Positions 16,737-28,722 of a DNA stretch of 32,653 bases are shown piece by piece. Location: the IMG/VR virus record IMGVR_UViG_2541047739_000007. One strand, written 5' to 3'. Numbering within the stretch: the stretch's first letter is position 1; every line of letters starts with the position of its first letter. The stretch comes from a virus. Taxonomy: Duplodnaviria; Heunggongvirae; Uroviricota; Caudoviricetes. The translations under genes were made by a program, and so were the position numbers. The notes below the pieces were generated by a model. It saw only the letters and a program-made list of their open reading frames with translations. It was not told the origin of the DNA and searched no databases.

Positions 16737-16990
16737 GTGATCGTGTTATTGAATGCGCCTCCAGAGCGGGGCGCGACTTCTCAGAGTTTATGAAAGGCGA
16801 GAAGGGCATGATGGAAGCATTGGCCTCGGTGGATGAGTTTGGCGAGCAGCTGCGCCTCAACGGCTGTGTCAATCATCACTTTGTTAGCTACATGATGCGG
16901 AACTCGATCATGCAGGCATTCATGGACATGGCAAAAGCCGAGAGGAAAGAAGAGCGCCGGCGTAAGCGAGCGGAAGCAAAAGCGAAGTAG
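16733..16990 (+). CDS. Hypothetical small protein with lysine/arginine-rich C-terminus
   Basis: 85-aa ORF overlapping the stop of the upstream gene (ATGA). Confidence 0.45.
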   Translation: MSDRVIECASRAGRDFSEFMKGEKGMMEALASVDEFGEQLRLNGCVNHHFVSYMMRNSIMQAFMDMAKAERKEERRRKRAEAKAK

Positions 16991-17475
16991 CCATTACAAA
17001 GCCTATCTACGGGTGGGCTTGATAATGGCTTATACCCTACACGGGATAACTTAACTGATATCCCTTTTAAAGGATAAAGGTATTCAAGCCTGACACATCA
17101 TGCGCTGTATCGTCGCCGTGTTCCCGTATTAACAGAGACCGTAGCCCGACGGGGAACTCCTTCTGCGCGAGTGTGCGGGAATAATCAAAAACGATGCACA
17201 CCGGGGTTACCGGGTACACATATTTCATCATGCCAGCGAGTCCGGTTCTGGCACGGAAGAAACCGGACGTTATGATTTAGTGCGGAAATATTTGTGTAGT
17301 GTTCTGAATGTTCTCAGTAAAGAGTAATGAATTATCAAAGGTATAGTAATACCTTTTGTTTTCGTGGATATTTGTAATCCATCTGAAAACCCCTGCTGTA
17401 GCAAGATTTTTCCTGTATTCGTAAAATGATAACTCTCCTGATTTGAATCCTTTTAAGGTGGCTTCTATAAGGCAT

Positions 17476-17688
17476 TTATTTTTTTGAAAATCTTACATTT
17501 ACAACCTTACCCTGTCCTTTTATTAAAACCGTATTATCGTTTTCAAGAACAAGATGAATATTCTCTGTGGCTAAATAGTAAATGTAATGTGAGACATTGT
17601 GACGTTTTAGTTCAGAATAAAACCAGTGATAGTTTAAATTATTTCGCACTTTATCGAATATTTGTTTAAAAATGGCAACCTGAGCCAT
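17476..17688 (-). CDS. Hypothetical small protein (70 aa) in AT-rich DNA, downstream partner of the RHH gene
   Basis: Start [14 protein letters not shown] with GGAAGG SD; compositionally distinct from its surroundings. Confidence 0.4.
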   Translation of the reverse strand: MAQVAIFKQIFDKVRNNLNYHWFYSELKRHNVSHYIYYLATENIHLVLENDNTVLIKGQGKVVNVRFSKK

Positions 17689-17745
17689 TGTAGTACCTTC
17701 CATGTGATATGAGGGGGCGTAGTCTGCACGATTATCTAGATTGCT

Positions 17746-17979
17746 TCAATCTGGTCTAACCTGTTTTCTGAGCAATTCAGTAATGTCACTCTTTTCTTTG
17801 TTTGCTTCAGGCGAAACTCTTTTTTCTGAGCACAGTCTCCGGCGGCAGGCTTCAATGACCCAGGCTGAGAAATTCCCGGACCCTTTTTGAACAAGAGCGA
17901 TGTTAATTTGTTCAATCATTTGGTTAGGAAAGCGGATGTTGCGGGTTGTTGTTCTGCGGGTTCTGTTCTTCGTTGACAT
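17746..17979 (-). CDS. Ribbon-helix-helix (Arc/MetJ/CopG-like) DNA-binding protein
   Basis: RNIRFPNQMIEQINIALVQKGSGNFSAWVIEACRRRL fits the RHH beta-strand plus two-helix pattern. Confidence 0.5.
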   Translation of the reverse strand: MSTKNRTRRTTTRNIRFPNQMIEQINIALVQKGSGNFSAWVIEACRRRLCSEKRVSPEANKEKSDITELLRKQVRPD

Positions 17980-18177
17980 GAGGTTGCCCTGTATTCAGTG
18001 TCGCTGATTTGTATTGTCTGAAGTTGTTTTTACGTTAAGTTGATGCAGATCAATTAATACGATACCTGCGTCATAATTGATTATTTGACGTGGTTTGATG
18101 GCGTAGACGCACGTTGTGATATGTAGATGATAATCATTATCACTTTACGGGTCCTTTCCGGTGATCCGACAGGTTAC

Positions 18178-18189
18178 GGGGCGGCGACC
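18178..18189. other. cosN, the 12-nt lambda cohesive-end sequence GGGCGGCGACCT (cos region roughly 18120-18370)
   Basis: Flanking sequence matches the lambda right end (...CGACAGGTTACG) and left end (CTCGCGGGTTTTCGCTATTTATGAAAATTTTCCGG...). Confidence 0.9.
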
Positions 18190-18367
18190 TCGCGGGTTTT
18201 CGCTATTTATGAAAATTTTCCGGTTTAAGGCGTTTCCGTTCTTCTTCGTCGTAACTTAATGTTTTTATTTAAAATACCCCCTGAAAAGAAAGGAAACGAC
18301 AGGTGCTGAAAGCGAGCTTTTTGGCCTCTGTCGTTTCCTTTCTCTGTTTTTGTCCGTGGAATGAGCA

Positions 18368-18887
18368 ATGGAAGTCAACAAAAAGCAGCTGGCTGACATT
18401 TTCGGTGCGAGTATCCGTACCATTCAGAACTGGCAGGAACAGGGAATGCCCGTTCTGCGAGGCGGTGGCAAGGGTAATGAGGTGCTTTATGACTCTGCCG
18501 CCGTCATAAAATGGTATGCCGAAAGGGATGCTGAAATTGAGAACGAAAAGCTGCGCCGGGAGGTTGAAGAACTGCGGCAGGCCAGCGAGGCAGATCTCCA
18601 GCCAGGGACTATTGAGTACGAACGCCACCGACTTACGCGTGCGCAGGCCGACGCACAGGAACTGAAGAATGCCAGAGACTCCGCTGAAGTGGTGGAAACC
18701 GCATTCTGTACTTTCGTGTTGTCGCGGATCGCAGGTGAAATTGCCAGTATTCTCGACGGGATCCCCCTGTCGGTGCAGCGGCGTTTTCCGGAACTGGAAA
18801 ACCGACATGTTGATTTCCTGAAACGGGATATCATCAAAGCCATGAACAAAGCAGCCGCGCTGGATGAACTGATACCGGGGTTGCTGA

Positions 18888-18913
<26 letters not shown>
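18368..18913 (+). CDS. nu1: Terminase small subunit
   Basis: MEVNKKQLADIFGASIRTIQNWQEQGMPVLRGGGKGNEV... recognised as lambda Nu1. Confidence 0.95.
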
Positions 18914-22594
<3,681 letters not shown>

Positions 22595-22614
<20 letters not shown>

Positions 22615-23914
22615 TCTCCCGCATATTGCCAGCATGGCCTTTAATGAGCCGCTGATGCTTGAACCCGCCTATGCGCGGGTTTTCTTTTGTGCGCTTGCAG
22701 GCCAGCTTGGGATCAGCCGCCTGACGGATGCGGTGTCCGGCGACAGCCTGACTGCCGGAGAGGCACCCGCGACGCTGGCGTTAGTCGGTGATGGTGACGG
22801 ACCACGACAGGCCCGCAGTTATCAGGTCATGAACGGCATCGCCGTGCTGCCGGTGTCCGGTACGCTGGTCAGCCGGACGCGGGCGCTGCAGCCTTATTCG
22901 GGGATGACCGGTTACAACGGCATTATCGCCCGTCTGCAACAGGCTGCCAGTGACCCGATGGTGGACGGCATTCTGCTCGATATGGACACGCCCGGCGGAA
23001 TGGTGGCAGGGACATTTGACTGCGCTGACATCATCGCCCGTGTGCGTGACATAAAACCGGTATGGGCGCTGGCCAACGACATGAACTGCAGTGCAGGTCA
23101 GCTGCTTGCCAGCGCCGCCTCCCGGCGTCTGGTCACGCAGACCGCCCGGACAGGCTCCATCGGCGTCATGATGGCTCACAGTAATTACGGTGCTGCGCTG
23201 GAGAAACAGGGCGTGGAAATCACGCTGATTTACAGCGGCAGCCATAAGGTGGATGGCAACCCCTACAGCCATCTTCCGGATGACGTCCGGGAGACACTGC
23301 AGTCCCGGATGGATGCAACCCGCCGGATGTTTGCGCAGAAGGTGTCGGCATATACCGGCCTGTCCGTGCAGGCTGTGCTGGATACCGAGGCTGCAGTGTA
23401 CAGCGGTCAGGAGGCCATTGATGCCGGACTGGCTGATGAACTTGTTAACAGCACCGATGCGATCACCGTCATGCGTGATGCACTGGATGCACGTAAATCC
23501 CGTCTCTCAGGAGGGCGAATGACCAAAGAGACTCAATCAACAACTGTTTCAGCCACCGCTTCGCAGGCTGACGTTACTGACGTGGTGCAAGCGACGGAGG
23601 GCGAAAACGCCAGCGCGGCGCAGCCGGACGTGAACGCGCAGATCACCGCAGCGGTTGCGGCAGAAAACAGCCGCATTATGGGGATCCTCAACTGTGAGGA
23701 GGCTCACGGACGCGAAGAACAGGCGCGCGTGCTGGCAGAAACCCCCGGAATGACCGTGGAAACGGCCCGCCGCATTCTGGCCGCAGCACCACAGAGTGCA
23801 CAGGCGCGCAGTGACACTGCGCTGGATCGTCTGATGCAGGGTGCACCGGCACCACTGGCTGCAGGTAACCCGGCATCTGATGCCGTTAACGATTTGCTGA
23901 ACACACCAGTGTAA
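22595..23914 (+). CDS. C: Head maturation protease / scaffold
   Basis: GTG start after a GAGGAGGAG SD, (M)TAELRNLPHIASMAFNEPLML..., lambda gpC; the track ORF from 22460 is an upstream over-extension. Confidence 0.9.
23519..23914 (+). CDS. nu3: Scaffolding protein, in-frame internal start within C
   Basis: Internal ATG (MTKETQSTTVSATASQ...) with AGGAGGG SD, co-terminal with C. Confidence 0.8.
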   Translation: MTKETQSTTVSATASQADVTDVVQATEGENASAAQPDVNAQITAAVAAENSRIMGILNCEEAHGREEQARVLAETPGMTVETARRILAAAPQSAQARSDTALDRLMQGAPAPLAAGNPASDAVNDLLNTPV

Positions 23915-23923
23915 GGGATGTTT

Positions 23924-24256
23924 ATGACGAGCAAAGAAACCTTTACCCATTACCAGCCGCTGGGCAACAGTGACCCGGCTCATACCGCAACCGCGCCCGG
24001 CGGATTGAGTGCGAAAGCGCCTGCAATGACTCCGCTGATGCTTGACACCGCCACCCGTAAGCTGGTTGCGTGGGATGGCACCACCGACGGTGCTGCCGTT
24101 GGCATTCTGGCTGTTGCAGCTGACCAGACCAGCACCACGCTGACGTTCTACAAGTCCGGCACGTTCCGTTATGAGGATGTGCTCTGGCCGGAGGCTGCCA
24201 GCGACGAGACGAAGAAACGGACCGCGTTTGCCGGAACGGCAATCAGCATCGTTTAA
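23924..24256 (+). CDS. D: Head decoration protein
   Basis: [27 protein letters not shown]..., lambda gpD. Confidence 0.95.
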   Translation: MTSKETFTHYQPLGNSDPAHTATAPGGLSAKAPAMTPLMLDTATRKLVAWDGTTDGAAVGILAVAADQTSTTLTFYKSGTFRYEDVLWPEAASDETKKRTAFAGTAISIV

Positions 24257-24277
24257 CCTTACCCTTCATCACTAAAG

Positions 24278-24298
24278 GCCGCCTGTGCGGCTTTTTTT
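24278..24298 (+). terminator. Hairpin plus T7 run between D and E (intrinsic terminator/attenuator)
   Basis: GCCGC-CTGT-GCGGC followed by TTTTTTT. Confidence 0.5.
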
Positions 24299-24310
24299 AC
24301 GGGATTTTTT

Positions 24311-25336
24311 ATGTCGATGTACACAACCGCCCAGCTGCTGGCGGCAAATGAGCAGAAATTTAAGTTTGATCCGCTGTTTCTGCGTCTCTTTTTCCGTGAG
24401 AGCTATCCCTTCACCACGGAGAAAGTCTATCTCTCACAAATTCCGGGACTGGTAAACATGGCGCTGTACGTTTCGCCGATTGTTTCCGGTGAGGTTATCC
24501 GTTCCCGTGGCGGCTCCACCTCTGAATTTACGCCGGGATATGTCAAGCCGAAGCATGAGGTGAATCCGCAGATGACCCTGCGTCGCCTGCCGGATGAAGA
24601 TCCGCAGAATCTGGCGGACCCGGCTTACCGCCGCCGTCGCATCATCATGCAGAACATGCGTGACGAAGAGCTGGCCATTGCTCAGGTCGAAGAGATGCAG
24701 GCCGTTTCTGCCGTGCTTAAGGGCAAATACACCATGACCGGTGAAGCCTTCGATCCGGTTGAGGTGGATATGGGCCGCAGTGCGGCGAATAACATCACGC
24801 AGTCCGGCGGCACGGAGTGGAGCAAGCGTGACAAGTCCACGTATGACCCGACCGACGATATCGAAGCCTACGCGCTGAACGCCAGCGGTGTGGTGAATAT
24901 CATCGTGTTTGATCCGAAAGGCTGGGCGCTGTTCCGTTCCTTCAAAGCCGTCAGGGAGAAGCTGGATACCCGTCGTGGCTCTCATTCCGAGCTGGAGACA
25001 GCGGTAAAAGACCTGGGTAAAGCGGTGTCCTATAAGGGTATGTATGGCGATGTTGCCATCGTCGTGTATTCCGGACAGTACGTGGAAAACGGCGTCAAAA
25101 AGAACTTCCTGCCGGACAACACGATGGTGCTGGGGAACACTCAGGCACGCGGTCTGCGCACCTATGGTTGTATTCAGGATGCGGACGCACAGCGCGAAGG
25201 CATTAACGCCTCTGCCCGTTACCCGAAAAACTGGGTGACCACCGGCGATCCGGCACGTGAGTTCACCATGATTCAGTCAGCACCGCTGATGCTGCTGGCT
25301 GACCCTGATGAGTTCGTGTCCGTACAACTGGCGTAA
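24311..25336 (+). CDS. E: Major capsid protein
   Basis: 341 aa MSMYTTAQLLAANEQKFKFDPLFLRLFF..., lambda gpE. Confidence 0.95.
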   Translation: MSMYTTAQLLAANEQKFKFDPLFLRLFFRESYPFTTEKVYLSQIPGLVNMALYVSPIVSGEVIRSRGGSTSEFTPGYVKPKHEVNPQMTLRRLPDEDPQNLADPAYRRRRIIMQNMRDEELAIAQVEEMQAVSAVLKGKYTMTGEAFDPVEVDMGRSAANNITQSGGTEWSKRDKSTYDPTDDIEAYALNASGVVNIIVFDPKGWALFRSFKAVREKLDTRRGSHSELETAVKDLGKAVSYKGMYGDVAIVVYSGQYVENGVKKNFLPDNTMVLGNTQARGLRTYGCIQDADAQREGINASARYPKNWVTTGDPAREFTMIQSAPLMLLADPDEFVSVQLA

Positions 25337-25377
25337 TCATGGCCCTTCGGGGCCATTGTCTCTCTGTGGAGAAGTCC

Positions 25378-25773
25378 ATGACGAAAGATGAACTGATTGC
25401 CCGTCTCCGCTCGCTGGGTGAACAACTGAACCGTGATGTCAGCCTGACGGGGACGAAAGAAGAACTGGCGCTCCGTGTGGCAGAGCTGGAAGAAGAGCTT
25501 GATGACACGGGCGACACTGCCGGTCAGGATACCCCTCTCAGCCCGGAAAATGTGCTGACCGGACATGAAAATGAGGTTGTATCAGCGCAGCCGGATACCG
25601 TGACTGATACGGCTGATCTGGTCACGGTTGTGGCACTGGTGACGCTGCATACTGATGCACTTCACGCCACGCGGGATGAGGCTGTGGCATTTGTGCTGCC
25701 GGGAACGGCGTTCCGTGTCTCTGCCGGTGTGGCAGCTGAAATGACAGAACGTGGCCTGGCCAGAATGCAATAA
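25378..25773 (+). CDS. FI: DNA packaging protein FI
   Basis: MTKDELIARLRSLGEQLNRDVSLTGTKEELALRVAEL..., lambda gpFI. Confidence 0.9.
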   Translation: MTKDELIARLRSLGEQLNRDVSLTGTKEELALRVAELEEELDDTGDTAGQDTPLSPENVLTGHENEVVSAQPDTVTDTADLVTVVALVTLHTDALHATRDEAVAFVLPGTAFRVSAGVAAEMTERGLARMQ

Positions 25774-25784
25774 CGGGAGGCGCT

Positions 25785-26138
25785 GTGGCTGATTTCGATA
25801 ACCTGTTCGATGCTGCCATTGCCCGCGCCGATGAAACGATACGCGGGTACATGGGAACGTCAGCCACCATGACATCCGGTGAGCAGTCCGGTGCTGTGAT
25901 ACGTGGTGTTTTTGATGACCCTGAAAATATCAGCTATGCCGGACAGGGCGTGCGCGTTGAAGGCTCCAGCCCGTCCCTGTTTGTCCGGACTGATGATGTG
26001 CGGCAACTGCGGCGTGGAGACACGCTGACCATCGGTGAGGAAAACTTCTGGATAGATCGTGTTTCGCCGGATGATGGCGGAAGCTGTCATCTCTGGCTTG
26101 GGCGGGGCGTACCGCCTGCCGTTAACCGTCGCCGCTGA
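25785..26138 (+). CDS. FII: Head-tail connector FII
   Basis: MADFDNLFDAAIARADETIRGYMGTSA..., lambda gpFII. Confidence 0.9.
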   Translation: MADFDNLFDAAIARADETIRGYMGTSATMTSGEQSGAVIRGVFDDPENISYAGQGVRVEGSSPSLFVRTDDVRQLRRGDTLTIGEENFWIDRVSPDDGGSCHLWLGRGVPPAVNRRR

Positions 26139-26149
26139 AAGGGGGATGT

Positions 26150-26728
26150 ATGGCCATAAAAGGTCTTGAGCAGGCCGTTGAAAACCTCAGCCGTATCAGC
26201 AAAACGGCGGTTCCCGGTGCCGCCGCAATGGCCATTAACCGCGTTGCGTCATCCGCGATATCGCAGTCGGCGTCACAGGTTGCCCGTGAGACAAAGGTAC
26301 GCCGGAAACTGGTAAAGGAAAGGGCCAGGCTGAAAAGGGCCACGGTCAAAAATCCGCAGGCCAGAATCAAAGTTAACCGGGGGGATTTGCCCGTAATCAA
26401 GCTGGGTAATGCGCGGGTTGTCCTGTCCCGCCGCAGGCGTCGTAAAAAGGGGCAGCGTTCATCCCTGAAAGGTGGCGGCAGCGTGCTTGTGGTGGGTAAC
26501 CGTCGTATTCCCGGCGCGTTTATTCAGCAACTGAAAAATGGCCGGTGGCATGTTATGCAGCGTGTGGCCGGGAAAAACCGTTACCCCATTGATGTGGTGA
26601 AAATCCCGATGGCGGTGCCGCTGACCACGGCGTTTAAACAGAATATTGAACGGATACGGCGTGAACGTCTTCCGAAAGAGCTGGGCTATGCGCTGCAGCA
26701 TCAACTGAGAATGGTAATAAAGCGATGA
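26150..26728 (+). CDS. Z: Tail completion protein
   Basis: MAIKGLEQAVENLSRISKTAVPGAAAMAINR..., lambda gpZ. Confidence 0.9.
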   Translation: MAIKGLEQAVENLSRISKTAVPGAAAMAINRVASSAISQSASQVARETKVRRKLVKERARLKRATVKNPQARIKVNRGDLPVIKLGNARVVLSRRRRRKKGQRSSLKGGGSVLVVGNRRIPGAFIQQLKNGRWHVMQRVAGKNRYPIDVVKIPMAVPLTTAFKQNIERIRRERLPKELGYALQHQLRMVIKR

Positions 26729-27120
26729 AACATACTGAACTCCGTGCAGCCGTACTGGATGCACTGGAGAAGCATGACACCGGGGCGACGCTTTTTGATG
26801 GTCGCCCCGCTGTTTTTGATGAGGAAGATTTTCCGGCAATTGCCGTTTATCTCACCGGCGCTGAATACACGGGCGAAGAGCTGGACAGCGATACCTGGCA
26901 GGCGGAGCTGCATATTGAAGTTTTCCTGCCTGCTCAGGTGCCGGATTCAGAGCTGGATTCGTGGATGGAGTCCCGGATTTATCCGGTGATGAGCGATATC
27001 CCGGCACTGTCAGATTTGATCACCAGTATGGTGGCCAGTGGCTATGACTACCGGCGCGACGATGATGCGGGCCTGTGGAGTTCAGCCGATCTGACTTATG
27101 TCATTACCTATGAAATGTGA
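26725..27120 (+). CDS. U: Tail terminator protein
   Basis: [31 protein letters not shown]..., lambda gpU. Confidence 0.9.
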   Translation: MKHTELRAAVLDALEKHDTGATLFDGRPAVFDEEDFPAIAVYLTGAEYTGEELDSDTWQAELHIEVFLPAQVPDSELDSWMESRIYPVMSDIPALSDLITSMVASGYDYRRDDDAGLWSSADLTYVITYEM

Positions 27121-27127
27121 GGACGCT

Positions 27128-27868
27128 ATGCCTGTACCAAATCCTGTAATGCCGGTGAAAGGTGCCGGGACCACCCTGTGGGTTTATAAGGGGAGCGGTG
27201 ACCCTTATGCGAACCCGCTTTCAGACGTTGACTGGTCGCGTCTGGCAAAAGTTAAAGACCTGACGCCCGGCGAACTGACCGCTGAGTCCTATGACGACAG
27301 CTATCTCGATGATGAAGATGCAGACTGGACTGCGACCGGGCAGGGGCAGAAATCTGCCGGAGATACCAGCTTCACGCTGGCGTGGATGCCCGGAGAGCAG
27401 GGGCAGCAGGCGCTGCTGGCGTGGTTTAATGAAGGTGATACCCGTGCCTATAAAATCCGCTTCCCGAACGGCACGGTCGATGTGTTCCGTGGCTGGGTCA
27501 GCAGCATCGGTAAGGCGGTGACGGCAAAGGAAGTGATCACCCGTACGGTGAAGGTCACCAATGTGGGTCGTCCGTCAATGGCAGAAGAACACAGTACGGT
27601 GACGGCGGCAACCGGTATGACCGTGACGCCAGCCAGCGCTTCCGTAGTGAAAGGGAAGAGCACCACGCTGACCGTGGCATTCCAGCCGGAAGGCGCAACC
27701 GACAAGAGCTTCCGTGCGGTGTCAGCGGATAAAACAAAAGCTACCGTGTCGGTCAGTGGTATGACCATCACCGTGAATGGCGTTGCTGCAGGTAAGGTCA
27801 ACATTCCGGTCGTATCCGGTAATGGTGAGTTTGCTGCGGTTGCAGAAATTACCGTCACCGCCAGTTAA
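27128..27868 (+). CDS. V: Major tail tube protein
   Basis: [33 protein letters not shown]..., lambda gpV with C-terminal Ig-like domain. Confidence 0.9.
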   Translation: MPVPNPVMPVKGAGTTLWVYKGSGDPYANPLSDVDWSRLAKVKDLTPGELTAESYDDSYLDDEDADWTATGQGQKSAGDTSFTLAWMPGEQGQQALLAWFNEGDTRAYKIRFPNGTVDVFRGWVSSIGKAVTAKEVITRTVKVTNVGRPSMAEEHSTVTAATGMTVTPASASVVKGKSTTLTVAFQPEGATDKSFRAVSADKTKATVSVSGMTITVNGVAAGKVNIPVVSGNGEFAAVAEITVTAS

Positions 27869-27883
27869 TCCGGAGAGTCAGCG

Positions 27884-28306
27884 ATGTTCCTGAAAACCGA
27901 ATCATTTGAACATAACGGTGTGACCGTCACGCTTTCTGAACTGTCAGCCCTGCAGCGCATTGAGCATCTCGCCCTGATGAAACGGCAGGCAGAACAGGCG
28001 GAGTCAGACAGCAACCGGAAGTTTACTGTGGAAGACGCCATCAGAACCGGCGCGTTTCTGGTGGCGATGTCCCTGTGGCATAACCATCCGCAGAAGACGC
28101 AGATGCCGTCCATGAATGAAGCCGTTAAACAGATTGAGCAGGAAGTGCTTACCACCTGGCCCACGGAGGCAATTTCTCATGCTGAAAACGTGGTGTACCG
28201 GCTGTCTGGTATGTATGAGTTTGTGGTGAATAATGCCCCTGAACAGACAGAGGACGCCGGGCCCGCAGAGCCTGTTTCTGCGGGAAAGTGTTCGACGGTG
28301 AGCTGA
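27884..28306 (+). CDS. G: Tail assembly chaperone G
   Basis: MFLKTESFEHNGVTVTLSELSALQRIEHLALMKRQ..., lambda gpG; slippery site near the 3' end. Confidence 0.9.
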   Translation: MFLKTESFEHNGVTVTLSELSALQRIEHLALMKRQAEQAESDSNRKFTVEDAIRTGAFLVAMSLWHNHPQKTQMPSMNEAVKQIEQEVLTTWPTEAISHAENVVYRLSGMYEFVVNNAPEQTEDAGPAEPVSAGKCSTVS

Positions 28307-28722
28307 GTTTTGCCCTGAAACTGGCGCGTGAGATGGGGCGACCCGACTGGCGTGCCATGCTTGCCGGGATGTCATCCACGGAGTATGCCGACTGGCACCG
28401 CTTTTACAGTACCCATTATTTTCATGATGTTCTGCTGGATATGCACTTTTCCGGGCTGACGTACACCGTGCTCAGCCTGTTTTTCAGCGATCCGGATATG
28501 CATCCGCTGGATTTCAGTCTGCTGAACCGGCGCGAGGCTGACGAAGAGCCTGAAGATGATGTGCTGATGCAGAAAGCGGCAGGGCTTGCCGGAGGTGTCC
28601 GCTTTGGCCCGGACGGGAATGAAGTTATCCCCGCTTCCCCGGATGTGGCGGACATGACGGAGGATGACGTAATGCTGATGACAGTATCAGAAGGGATCGC
28701 AGGAGGAGTCCGGTATGGCTGA
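27884..28722 (+). CDS. T: Tail assembly chaperone G-T fusion product (via -1 frameshift at 28282-28288)
   Basis: T-frame ORF 28288..28722 has no independent start with an SD and continues from the G slippery site, as in lambda. Confidence 0.8.
28282..28288 (+). promoter_or_regulatory. Programmed -1 ribosomal frameshift slippery heptamer G GGA AAG (G to G-T fusion)
   Basis: Zero-frame codons GGA AAG in G; a -1 shift reads GGG AAA then VFDGELSFALKLAREMG... (T frame, 28288..28722). Confidence 0.85.
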
